DNA of 64,000 nt, from positions 340-64,339 of the forward strand of contig CAJXTG010000006.1 in assembly GCA_913060655.1 (NCBI GenBank). The letters are read 5' to 3'. The translations under genes were made by a program, and so were the position numbers. The notes under the pieces are model-generated. The model was not told where the DNA came from. It was given only the letters and a program-made list of their open reading frames with translations, and did no database searches. The stretch is from an uncultured Nitriliruptoraceae bacterium. GTDB lineage: Bacteria > Actinomycetota > Nitriliruptoria > Nitriliruptorales > Nitriliruptoraceae. Shown in pieces: positions 9,596 through 18,220 of the stretch (positions within the stretch are counted from its first letter, which is position 1; every line of letters begins with the position of its first letter).

Positions 9596-10747
9596 ATGCT
9601 GTTGCAGCGCCGCATCTTCGAACCGGAGCACGAGCAGTTCCGCGAGGTCGTCGCACGCTTCGCACAGACCGAGATCGCCCCGCATCATCTCGACTGGGAG
9701 CGGGCCGGCATCGTCCCGCGCGAGATCTGGCTGCGGATGGGTGAGCTCGGCCTGCTGTGCACCGACGTGCCGGAGGAGTACGGCGGCGGCGGGATGCCCG
9801 ACTTCCGCTTCAACCTCGTCATCACCGAGGAGCTGATGCGCGTCGGCGCGTCGGGGCTCGGCACGATCCTGCACAACGACACGATCGTCCCCTACTTCCT
9901 CAAGTACGCGACGGACGAGCAGAAGCAGCGGTTCCTCCCCGGCATGGCCAGCGGCGAGCTCATCACCGCCATCGCGATGACCGAGCCGGGCGCCGGCTCC
10001 GACCTCGCCAGCATGCGCACCACCGCCATCAAGCAGCCCGACGGCTCCTACCTGCTCAACGGTTCGAAGACGTTCATCACCAACGGCATCCACTCCGACG
10101 TCGTCATCGTGTGCGCGAAGACGGACCCGACGGCGAAGCACGCGGGCATCAGCCTGCTGCTCGTCGAGCGGGACATGCCCGGGTTCTCCCGCGGGCGCAA
10201 GCTCGAGAAGGTCGGCATGCACGCGCAGGACACCGCCGAGCTGATCTTCGAGGACGTCGTCGTGCCCGCCGAGAACCTCCTCGGTGAGGAGGGCGCCGGG
10301 TTCCGCCACCTGATGGAGGCGCTGCCGCAGGAGCGGCTGTCCATCGCCGTGTCCGCGATCGCCGGTGCGGTCGCCGCGTTCGACCTGACGCTGCAGTACG
10401 TCAAGGAACGGGAGGCGTTCGGCAAGCCGATCGGCTCGTTCCAGCACTCCCGCTTCGTCATGGCGGAGCTCGCCACCCGCATCCAGGCCGGGCAGGCGTT
10501 CGCCGACCAGTGCGTGGAGCTGCTCAACGAGGGGGCGTTGACCGCCGAGCACGCCGCGATGGCGAAGTGGTGGCTGACCGACCTGCAGAACGACGTGCTC
10601 GACGCGTGCGTCCAGCTCCACGGCGGCTACGGGTACATGCGCGAGTACGAGGTGGCCCGCTGGTGGACCGACGCGCGGGTGCAGCGCATCTACGGCGGCA
10701 CGAACGAGATCATGAAGGAGATCGTCGGCCGCTCCCTCGGCCTCTGA
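9596..10747 (+). CDS. acyl-CoA dehydrogenase
   Basis: ACAD motifs TEPGAGSDLASM, KTFITNG and C-terminal RIYGGTNEIMKEIVGR are present in a 383-aa product. Confidence 0.93.
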   Translation: MLLQRRIFEPEHEQFREVVARFAQTEIAPHHLDWERAGIVPREIWLRMGELGLLCTDVPEEYGGGGMPDFRFNLVITEELMRVGASGLGTILHNDTIVPYFLKYATDEQKQRFLPGMASGELITAIAMTEPGAGSDLASMRTTAIKQPDGSYLLNGSKTFITNGIHSDVVIVCAKTDPTAKHAGISLLLVERDMPGFSRGRKLEKVGMHAQDTAELIFEDVVVPAENLLGEEGAGFRHLMEALPQERLSIAVSAIAGAVAAFDLTLQYVKEREAFGKPIGSFQHSRFVMAELATRIQAGQAFADQCVELLNEGALTAEHAAMAKWWLTDLQNDVLDACVQLHGGYGYMREYEVARWWTDARVQRIYGGTNEIMKEIVGRSLGL

Positions 10748-10886
10748 GGCGCCCACCGCTCCGTCCGGGCCCGTCCGGCCCGTCGGGCCCGCTGCGGGCC
10801 CGGGGGACGGGGAATACGGTGGGCGACGTCGGCGTTCCCCCCGGTACGGACCGACACGACCCGAGCGACCTGAACGGAGCCTCCGC

Positions 10887-11297
10887 ATGCCGACCGTCGA
10901 CCTGACCGCGACCGACTTCACGAGCACCATCGAGGACAACGGCATCGTCCTCGTCGACTTCTGGGCGGACTGGTGCGGCCCGTGCAAGATGTTCGCCCCG
11001 TGGTACGAGGAGGTGTCGCAGGAGCACACCGACGTGGTGTTCGCCAAGGTCGACACCGAGTCGGAGCAGGCGCTCGCCGGCACGTTCGGCATCCGCTCGA
11101 TCCCCACGCTCATGGCGTTCCGCGACGGCATCCTCCTCTACAAGGAGGCGGGGGCGCTGCCGAAGGAGGCGCTCGGCCAGCTCGTCGACCAGGTCAAGGC
11201 GCTCGACATGGACGACGTCCGCCGACAGGTCGCCGAGGCCGAGGCGGCCGCCGGTGACGGGCACGACCACGCCGACCACGAGGGCCACGACCACTGA
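10887..11297 (+). CDS. trxA: thioredoxin with His/Asp-rich C-terminal tail
   Basis: The WCGPC active site sits in a canonical thioredoxin fold (FGIRSIPTLMAFRDG). An extra tail ends GDGHDHADHEGHDH. Confidence 0.9.
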   Translation: MPTVDLTATDFTSTIEDNGIVLVDFWADWCGPCKMFAPWYEEVSQEHTDVVFAKVDTESEQALAGTFGIRSIPTLMAFRDGILLYKEAGALPKEALGQLVDQVKALDMDDVRRQVAEAEAAAGDGHDHADHEGHDH

Positions 11298-11333
11298 CCC
11301 GACCTGCGGCCGGACCGCGGTCGCCGGGTCCGG

Positions 11334-13664
11334 TCAGGACAGCGGGAAGCCCACGATCCGGTTGGAGAACTTGAACTCTCCGACCAGCAGCGACGGGCCG
11401 ACCTGCGCGACCGCCCCGGGGAGGAACAGCCCGTCGGCGGTGAGGGACGGCCGGTCCCCGCCCTGCCCGACGACCGCGACCGGCGCCTCCCCGGCGAGGG
11501 CCGCGTCGACGTCACGGAACACCTGCACCCGGTGGAACGCCGTGTCGGCGATGACGAAGCCGAGGGGCAGCATGCGCGCCTGCATCGGCAGGTTCGTGCG
11601 CACCGGCAGCTCGCGCGGCGGACCGTCCGACGTCACGTCCACGACGAGGATCGTGCTCCCGCCCTGCGGGGCGATCACCAGCGTCCCGTCGACGAGGTCG
11701 AGCCGGCCCGGCTGGGACACCGCGTAGGTGCGCAGCGGCGCCTGCCCATCGGCCGGCAGGCCCTCGAACACCGCGACGGTCCCGCTGCGGCTGTCGGACA
11801 CCGCGAGGTACGTGCCGTCCCAGCCGACACCCTTGAGGTCGTCGACCGCGACGGTGCCGATCCGGTCGAGGAACGTCCGCGACGGCGGGACGTCCGCGGC
11901 GAAGTCGTCCCACACGTGCAGGACCCCGCGGCCGGCGACGAGCAGCGTGTTCCCGTGCGCCGCGTTGTCCCACGGCTGGAAGCCGAGCTGGTGGACGACG
12001 TCCGCCCGTGAGCCCGGCTCGGACGGGACCCCGTCCCACACGTGCAGCTGCGCGTCGTAGTCGCTGCTCACGACCAGCCGGTCCCCGACCATCACCGGGA
12101 CCGGGTTCTGGATGATGCCGTCGCGCAGCAGTGTCGACACCGCCGGGTCCGGGTCGAACACGGAGAAGTCGGGCTCGCGGTTCACGGCCGCGGCGGTGCG
12201 CTCGATCGAGGCGGCGTCACGCCAGCCGGTCACCCGGTTGCCGTTGTACTCGATGAAGTAGACGAGGTCGCCGGCGACGACGACGTCACCGCCGTCCCCA
12301 CCGAGGTACGCGTGCCCCGCATCCAGCGGCGGCTGCGACCCACCGCCCGGCGGTGGCGGTGGCGGGTTCTGCCCGTCACCCGGTGGTGGGGGCGGGGGGT
12401 TCTGCCCGTCGCCGGGTGGTGGGGGCGGGGGGTTCTGCCCGTCGCCGGGTGGTGGGGGCGGAGGGTTCTGCCCGTCACCGGGCGGTGGGGGTGGCGGGTT
12501 CTGCCCGCCCGGCGCGGGCGGCATCGCGCCGCCGTCGGCGCGCAGCTTCGTGAGCGCCCCGGCCGGCGTGTCGGGGAAGTCCGTCCACCAGTGGACCTCC
12601 TCGCCGCTCGCACCGAGCGCGATGAGTCCGCCGTCGTACTCCTCACCCTGGAACCAGCCGGACAGGCACCCGTCGGGCGGTCCGATCGGCAGCCGGTCGG
12701 TCCACACGTGCGTCTGACGGGCGACGCTCTGGTCGCCCGGTCCGCCGTCGGACCAGCAGGAGGGTTGGCTGCCGTTCTCGTCACCGATGAGGAACGACCG
12801 CCCGTCGCTGGTGACGTTGCGCGGCGTCCCCACCCCGGCGGGCTGGCGGGTCACGTGATCCGGGCCGTCGCCCGGCCCGTCGGGGAACGACTCCCAGACC
12901 AGGATGCGGCCGGCCCGCGTGTCGGTCGCGACGAGCCGCTCCCCGTCGGACCACAGCCCCCACGGCCATGACGGCATCGGGTCGTTCGCACCGGCACCCG
13001 TGTCGAGGGCGAAGTCGGCCGGTTGCCCGTTCCGGGTCGGGAACGTCCGCCACACGAGCACGCGACCGTTCTCCGTATCGGCGACGAGCAACTGGCCGGC
13101 CGCGGTCAGCTCCACCGCCCCCGGCCAGTTCATCCCGTCGAGACCGTCGCCCGGCAGGATCGACGTCATGTCGGGCTGGCCGAGCACCAGGTCCGGCTCC
13201 GACGGCCCCTCCGGGAGCGACGTGAACACGAGCACCCGGTTGTTGAACCGGTCCGCGACGACGAGCCGTTCACCGTCGGTCGCGGCGGATGACGGATGGT
13301 TGATGCTCGTGCCGTCACGGGTCGTCCCGAGCCCGTAGGCCGACAGGTAGAAGTCCGCGGCCGGCTCGGGCAGCCCGTCGCCGCGGCGCGGGTCCGGGAC
13401 CGTCGCCACCCCGGTCGCGCAGGCGATCGTCTGCGACGCCTGGAGGCGGACGATGCGACCGGCGGCGAGGTCACCGCACGGGTCGTTCTCCAGGACCTCA
13501 CCGTCCGGCGTGTCGTCGGCATCCGCCTCCGGCGCCGGGGTCGACCCGCCGTCGTCGGCCGGTGCGGGCGCCGGGCCCGCCGCCGGATCGGACGGTGCGT
13601 CCGCCCCACCGCACGACGCGGCGAGCAGCGCGCACATGGACAGCAGCAGCAGGCGACGACGCAT
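11334..13664 (-). CDS. secreted lipoprotein with two NHL/beta-propeller repeat regions and a proline-rich repeat linker
   Basis: The lipobox is LLAASCGG. Blade-like repeats ADRFNNRVLVF, ADTENGRVLVW, TDTRAGRILVW lie N-terminal and SDSRSGTVAVF, ADTAFHRVQVF, EFKFSNRIVGF lie C-terminal to the linker. GC3 is very high. Confidence 0.85.
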   Translation of the reverse strand: MRRRLLLLSMCALLAASCGGADAPSDPAAGPAPAPADDGGSTPAPEADADDTPDGEVLENDPCGDLAAGRIVRLQASQTIACATGVATVPDPRRGDGLPEPAADFYLSAYGLGTTRDGTSINHPSSAATDGERLVVADRFNNRVLVFTSLPEGPSEPDLVLGQPDMTSILPGDGLDGMNWPGAVELTAAGQLLVADTENGRVLVWRTFPTRNGQPADFALDTGAGANDPMPSWPWGLWSDGERLVATDTRAGRILVWESFPDGPGDGPDHVTRQPAGVGTPRNVTSDGRSFLIGDENGSQPSCWSDGGPGDQSVARQTHVWTDRLPIGPPDGCLSGWFQGEEYDGGLIALGASGEEVHWWTDFPDTPAGALTKLRADGGAMPPAPGGQNPPPPPPGDGQNPPPPPPGDGQNPPPPPPGDGQNPPPPPPGDGQNPPPPPPGGGSQPPLDAGHAYLGGDGGDVVVAGDLVYFIEYNGNRVTGWRDAASIERTAAAVNREPDFSVFDPDPAVSTLLRDGIIQNPVPVMVGDRLVVSSDYDAQLHVWDGVPSEPGSRADVVHQLGFQPWDNAAHGNTLLVAGRGVLHVWDDFAADVPPSRTFLDRIGTVAVDDLKGVGWDGTYLAVSDSRSGTVAVFEGLPADGQAPLRTYAVSQPGRLDLVDGTLVIAPQGGSTILVVDVTSDGPPRELPVRTNLPMQARMLPLGFVIADTAFHRVQVFRDVDAALAGEAPVAVVGQGGDRPSLTADGLFLPGAVAQVGPSLLVGEFKFSNRIVGFPLS
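12345..12515 (-). repeat. in-frame 33-bp tandem repeat x5 encoding (GDGQNPPPPPP)n
   Basis: QNPPPPPP occurs five times in the protein. The DNA units ggttctgcccgtc(a/g)ccgggtggtgggggcgg(g/a)g are nearly identical. Confidence 0.9.
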
Positions 13665-13801
13665 GTCCCCCCCGGTCCTCGCGGGTCGTCGATGCGGCGA
13701 AGCCTAGACCGCGGCCGGTGTCCACACGGCGGTGGTCGGACCGTCGGCCGCCCCGCGCGCCGGCGTACCGTCGTCACTACCACGCTCCGACAGGTGCTCC
13801 G

Positions 13802-14431
13802 ATGCTCGCGCTGACCCCCCTCCGGGAGGACCCGCCGCTCGCCCGGCTCAGCGCCGTGTTCGCCCTCGTCGTCGGCCTCGCCGCCTGCGCGGACGTCGCC
13901 CCAGAACCGGAGCCGGCCGCCGAACCCGACGTCACCGTCGAGGCGCCCGCCGACGACGCCGAGGCGCCCCAGCCCGAGCCGGAGCCCGTACCGGAGCCCG
14001 ACCCGCTCGCATCCCTGCCCGCGGAGGTCCTGGCGACGCGCGAAGCGCTCCTCGACGCCGCCCGCGCCGGCGACTGGGAAGCGGTCGGTGCCCTCATGTC
14101 CACCGAGCTGCGCTTCACCTCCAACTACGGCGGGGAGACCGACCACGTCGCCTACCTCTCGGGGCTCGACGAGGACGTGCTCGCCGAGGTCGTCCTGCTG
14201 CTCGAGGACCCCTACGAACGGGTCGGCGAGATCCAGGTCGGCGAGGTGTTCGTCTGGCCAGAACTCCACGCCCGCGTCCCCTTCGCGGTCTCCGACGACG
14301 AGCGTCCCGACCTCGAGGCCCGCTTCGGCGCCGACGCACTCGCGGAGTGGGAAGCGGCCGGCGCCTACCTCGGCTGGCGCATCGGGATCACCACCGAGGG
14401 GGAGTGGATCTTCCTCGTCGCGGGCGACTGA
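13802..14431 (+). CDS. hypothetical lipoprotein
   Basis: The start is set to ATG 13802 (MLALTPL...) with the lipobox GLAAC. An acidic Pro/Glu linker precedes a globular domain. The upstream part of ORF 13562 is antisense to the NHL gene. Confidence 0.75.
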   Translation: MLALTPLREDPPLARLSAVFALVVGLAACADVAPEPEPAAEPDVTVEAPADDAEAPQPEPEPVPEPDPLASLPAEVLATREALLDAARAGDWEAVGALMSTELRFTSNYGGETDHVAYLSGLDEDVLAEVVLLLEDPYERVGEIQVGEVFVWPELHARVPFAVSDDERPDLEARFGADALAEWEAAGAYLGWRIGITTEGEWIFLVAGD

Positions 14432-14465
14432 CCGCCCGACCTCGTCGCGGGCGACTGACCGCCCG
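14413..14465. repeat. 27-bp period tandem duplication containing the stop codon of the upstream gene
   Basis: cctcgtcgcgggcgactgaccgcccg occurs at 14413-14438 and again at 14440-14465, with identical 26-mers. Confidence 0.9.
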
Positions 14466-14467
14466 GG

Positions 14468-15685
14468 TCACTCGCCGATCAGCTGGTCCCACAGGCGCAG
14501 GCTGAACGTGCCGTTGGGCTGCCGTCCGGTGCGCAGCTGCAGTTGCGCGACCGCGCGGGCGGTCTGCGGGCCGTACACCCCGTCCGTGCCGATGCGGTCG
14601 AAGCCGAGCTCGTCGGCCTGCGTGTTGAGGAAGCGCTGCAGCCGTCGCACCACCGGGCCGCGCTGCCACGGCTCGGACAGCTCGAGGTCCGCGGTCGGCA
14701 CCGGCGGCGGAGGCGGCGGCGGGGGAGGTCCGGCGGGCACGGTCGGCGCGGGCGGTGCGGGGGCGGCCGCGGCGGGCGTGCCGGTCGCCGCACCCCCGGC
14801 GCCGCGTGCACCGACCCCGATGCGCTCCGGGGACGACAGGATCCCGTCGGCGGCGGCGTCGGCGACGATGCCGGCCGCGTTCGCCTCGAGGAACACGACC
14901 GACGCGGGCCCGGCCCAGCCCGGACGGCCCGGCAGCCCGATCCGTCGCACGTTGCCCGGCGGCAGCCGCAGCGCCTGCAGCGCATAGGCGGACAGCTCCG
15001 CCGCACTGAAGCTCGTCCTCGCCCGTCGCGCGATGATGTCGGCGACCGCCTGCGCGGCGCCGGCGGTCCCGCGCGCGTACAGGTGCGCCTGCCCGACAGC
15101 GAGCAGCTCCGCCTGCGAACGGGAGCGGGTGAAGTCCCCACCCGGGCGCGACTTGCGGTCGCGTGCCCACGTCAGCGCCTGGTAGCCGTTGATCGCCTGC
15201 AGCCCCGTCGACGTGATGTCCTCCCCACCGGTCGACACCGGCCGGGTGATGTCGACGGTCAGCCCACCGAACTCGTTGACCGCGTCGGCGAAGCCCCACA
15301 TCGACGTGACCACCCAGCCGTCGACCCGCAGGCCCCACAGCGCCTGCACCGTCTCGACGCAGCGCTGCGGCCCTCCCGTCAGGCACGCGTTGATCCGGCT
15401 GTTCCCCCGACCCGACACCGGCACCCAGCTGTCGCGGGGCACCGACACGAGGCTCGCGTGCTGCCGGTCGGCGGAGACGAACAGCAGCTGGAACCCGTCG
15501 GCCCGTCCACGTGCCGGGTCGCCGGCACGTGGCGGCCCGGTGTCCGACCCCATCAGCAGGACGGTGAGCACCCGCCCCTCCGCCGCATCGGCACGCGACA
15601 CGACGAGCGACGCGCCGGCGAGCGGGACGACGAGGAGCACGACGAGGGCCAGCAGCAGGGCGCGACGCGGGCCGATACTGCGCAT
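14468..15685 (-). CDS. LytR-CpsA-Psr (LCP) family protein with C-terminal peptidoglycan-binding domain
   Basis: It has an N-terminal TM segment and the LCP core LLMGSDTG...GRADGFQLLFVS...SVPRDSWVPV...INAC...TSMWGFADAVNEFGG. A poly-Pro linker (PPPPPPPPP) precedes a PG_binding_1-like tail GPVVRRLQRFLN...DGVYGPQTARAV. The start is taken at the internal ATG (MRSIG) with GGGGAG upstream, and the track start at 15718 is an alternative. By hand count the upstream start codon is a GTG ending at 15717, 1 nt off the track coordinate, so I used track coordinates. Confidence 0.85.
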   Translation of the reverse strand: MRSIGPRRALLLALVVLLVVPLAGASLVVSRADAAEGRVLTVLLMGSDTGPPRAGDPARGRADGFQLLFVSADRQHASLVSVPRDSWVPVSGRGNSRINACLTGGPQRCVETVQALWGLRVDGWVVTSMWGFADAVNEFGGLTVDITRPVSTGGEDITSTGLQAINGYQALTWARDRKSRPGGDFTRSRSQAELLAVGQAHLYARGTAGAAQAVADIIARRARTSFSAAELSAYALQALRLPPGNVRRIGLPGRPGWAGPASVVFLEANAAGIVADAAADGILSSPERIGVGARGAGGAATGTPAAAAPAPPAPTVPAGPPPPPPPPPVPTADLELSEPWQRGPVVRRLQRFLNTQADELGFDRIGTDGVYGPQTARAVAQLQLRTGRQPNGTFSLRLWDQLIGE

Positions 15686-15815
15686 CCGATGCTCCCCGAG
15701 CGCTCGCGGACGGTCCACCGGCCGCGTGGGCCGGGCGCCGGGAGCCTAGGCGTGCGCGGAGCTAGGCTGCCGCGCCGTGACCGGGGAGAGCGGTCGCAGG
15801 GTTCGGGAGATCCGG

Positions 15816-17870
15816 ATGCGGCGTGCCATGACGAGGGGTGCGATCCTCCTGGCCGCCGGGGCGGCCGTGATGCTGGTCACCGGCTGCAGCAGTGACGACG
15901 TCCCGGAGGCGGCGGCCACCGTCGAGATGCTCGACAACGTGTTCGAGCCGGAGATGGTCCGCATCGAGCCGGGCGAGGCCGTGCGCTTCACGAACGTCGG
16001 CCTCGTCCCCCACAACGCCATCGGTGTGGACGGCACCTGGTCGACGGGCCTCACGGCCGGTGACGCGTCCGACGGGCTGATGGATCCCGGTGAGGAGCTC
16101 GTCGTCACGTTCGACGAGCCCGGGGTGTACGACTACTTCTGTTCGCTCCACGCCGCCGCGGACGGATCGTCCGGCATGGTCGGCACGATCCTCGTCGGGA
16201 CCGATGAGGCCGAGACGGCCGACGCGAGTGACGAGCCCGTCGACGGTGGCTTCACCGGAACGGTCCGATCCGTCCCGGACGTCCATCCGACCATCCAGAA
16301 CGCGGTCGACGCCGCCGAACCGGGCGACCTCGTGCTCATCGCGCCCGCCCCGCGCACGCCCGAGCATCTCGCCGAGGACGGCCGCTACGTCTACCGCGAG
16401 CAGGTCGACGTGGCGACACCTCGCATCACGATCCGCGGGACGGACCGCAACGCCGTCATCATCGACGGCGAGCACCAGCGTCCCCTCGGCATCAACATCA
16501 GCGGCGCGGACGGCGTGGCGGTCGAGAACCTCACGGTGCGCAACGTCACGGGCAACGGCATCTACTGGAACGGGGTGACGGGCTACCGCGGCTCCTACCT
16601 CACGTCCTCGAACAACGCGATCTACGGCATCTACGCGTTCGACAGCACCGACGGGCTCTTCGAACACAGCTACGCCAGCGGGTCGAAGGACGCGGGCATC
16701 TACATCGGCCAGTGCGACCCGTGCGAGGCGATCGTCCGCGACGTGCTCGTCGAGTTCAACGGCATGGGCTACTCCGGCACGAACGCGTCCGACGTGTTCC
16801 TCGTCGACTCGGTGTGGCGGCACAACGTGTCGGGCATCGTGCCCAACACGCTCGACTCGCAACGTGGGCCGCCCTTCGGCCGGGTCACCATCGTCGGCAA
16901 CCTCATCCACGACAACGACAGCCGCACCGCGCCGGCGCTCGGACTGCAGTGGGCGGCGTCAGGGAACGGTGTGCTGCTGACCGGTGGCGTCGACAGCCTC
17001 GTCGAACGCAACCGCATCATCGGGCACGCCCGCTCCGCCGTCACCGTCGGGCCGAACCTCTCGCGCAACTTCTGGATGAGCGGCGGGCACGTCATCCGCG
17101 ACAACGTCGTCGGCGGTTCCTCCTACGCGGATCTCGTGCTCGCCGGCCCCGCGCTGCCCGGGACCTGCTTCGCGGGGAACGATCCGGAGCGGACCGTTCC
17201 TGCCGGTCTCGAGGCCATCGCCGGCTGCGGTCCGGCGGCGGTCTCCGGTGCGTACGTCGATGCGCCGACACCGGACCGCGGCTCGCTGCGCCTCCCGTCA
17301 CGCGCTGCGCTCGCTCCCACCCTCGCCTTCGTCGGCCTGGTCGCCGAGGCCGAGTTCGGCCTGCAGCCGGAGAACGACCACCGCGACGTCCCGTACCCCC
17401 CTGACCAGCCGCAGCTGCCGGGCGGCGCGGACGCGCCGGTGCGACCCGCCATCGACGTCTTCGCCTCCGTGGACCTCGACCTCGACGCGATCGAGGTCCC
17501 GGATGCGCCCGCCGGTCCCGACGCGCCCCGCGGACGTGACGGCGCGCTGCTGCTCGCCGATGTCCCCCTCGGACTGGGGGGATTCTCGACGTTGTACGGC
17601 GTGCTCGGTTGGCTGGCGCCGTTCACGCTGCTGACCGCCTGGCTCGCGCTCGTGGTGCTCGACCTCGCCCGCCGTGACGATCTCGGACGAGGAGGACGGG
17701 CCGCCTGGATGCTCGCCGCGACCGCCCTGCCGTTCGTCGGTGCCCCCGCATACCTGCTCGTCGGCGGCTCGTCGCTGTCCCGTCGACTCCGGTTGGCCGT
17801 CACGCTCGGCGGTCCGCTCGTCGCGCTGCTGCTGCTCGCTGGCGGTGCCGTCGTCGGAGGTCTGGTGTGA
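15816..17870 (+). CDS. lipoprotein: cupredoxin domain + NosD-like parallel beta-helix + C-terminal PLDc_N membrane module
   Basis: The lipobox is LVTGC. The type-1 Cu pattern is PHNAIG ... YDYFCSLH ... GMVG. Beta-helix repeats (GNGIYWNG, AIYGIYAF, AGIYIGQC, GMGYSGTN, SGIVPNT, NGVLLTGG) follow. The C-terminus has two TM segments with LVVLDLARRDD...AAWMLAATALPFVGAPAYLLVG. Confidence 0.85.
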   Translation: MRRAMTRGAILLAAGAAVMLVTGCSSDDVPEAAATVEMLDNVFEPEMVRIEPGEAVRFTNVGLVPHNAIGVDGTWSTGLTAGDASDGLMDPGEELVVTFDEPGVYDYFCSLHAAADGSSGMVGTILVGTDEAETADASDEPVDGGFTGTVRSVPDVHPTIQNAVDAAEPGDLVLIAPAPRTPEHLAEDGRYVYREQVDVATPRITIRGTDRNAVIIDGEHQRPLGINISGADGVAVENLTVRNVTGNGIYWNGVTGYRGSYLTSSNNAIYGIYAFDSTDGLFEHSYASGSKDAGIYIGQCDPCEAIVRDVLVEFNGMGYSGTNASDVFLVDSVWRHNVSGIVPNTLDSQRGPPFGRVTIVGNLIHDNDSRTAPALGLQWAASGNGVLLTGGVDSLVERNRIIGHARSAVTVGPNLSRNFWMSGGHVIRDNVVGGSSYADLVLAGPALPGTCFAGNDPERTVPAGLEAIAGCGPAAVSGAYVDAPTPDRGSLRLPSRAALAPTLAFVGLVAEAEFGLQPENDHRDVPYPPDQPQLPGGADAPVRPAIDVFASVDLDLDAIEVPDAPAGPDAPRGRDGALLLADVPLGLGGFSTLYGVLGWLAPFTLLTAWLALVVLDLARRDDLGRGGRAAWMLAATALPFVGAPAYLLVGGSSLSRRLRLAVTLGGPLVALLLLAGGAVVGGLV

Positions 17871-17913
17871 GACGCCTGCGGCACAGGAACGAGGCAGCAC
17901 GTGAGGAGGAGCG

Positions 17914-18219
17914 GTGATGGGAGCGATCGAGGTCGTCATGGGGCTCTACAGCACGGTGCTGCCGTTCGCCGTGTTCGGCGCGTGGCTCGCGCTCGCGCTG
18001 TGGGACCTCGCCGGTGCGGTGCGGGACGGCGCGGTCGCGCGCGGCGGTGCCATCGGCTGGGCGCTGCTGATGCTGGTCGTGCCGGTGCTCGCTCCCCCGA
18101 TCTATCTGGTGACCGCCGCCCGTCTGCCCCGGTGGCTCGGAGCCACCTTCGTCGTCGGTGGGATCGTCGGGTACGCCGTGGTGCTCCTCGTCACGGCCGC
18201 GCTCGGTGCGACCGGCTGA
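17914..18219 (+). CDS. PLDc_N (PLD nuclease N-terminal-like) small membrane protein
   Basis: The 101-aa product has three hydrophobic segments and the pattern WLALALWDL...GWALLMLVVPVLAPPIYLV, which resembles the C-terminus of the upstream gene. Confidence 0.7.
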   Translation: MMGAIEVVMGLYSTVLPFAVFGAWLALALWDLAGAVRDGAVARGGAIGWALLMLVVPVLAPPIYLVTAARLPRWLGATFVVGGIVGYAVVLLVTAALGATG

Positions 18220-18220
18220 C

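Noticed and set aside
9242-11131. N-terminal 630 aa of the 776-aa ORF 8801..11131.
   Set aside because: This part is antisense to the acyl-CoA dehydrogenase and thioredoxin genes. Only the C-terminal SRPBCC-like 146 aa have protein-like sequence and a plausible start.
12042-12971. 309-aa plus-strand ORF with the repeated motif GWWGRGVLPVA.
   Set aside because: It is the antisense reading of the 33-bp repeat in the NHL lipoprotein gene. The repeat periodicity is inherited, not independent.
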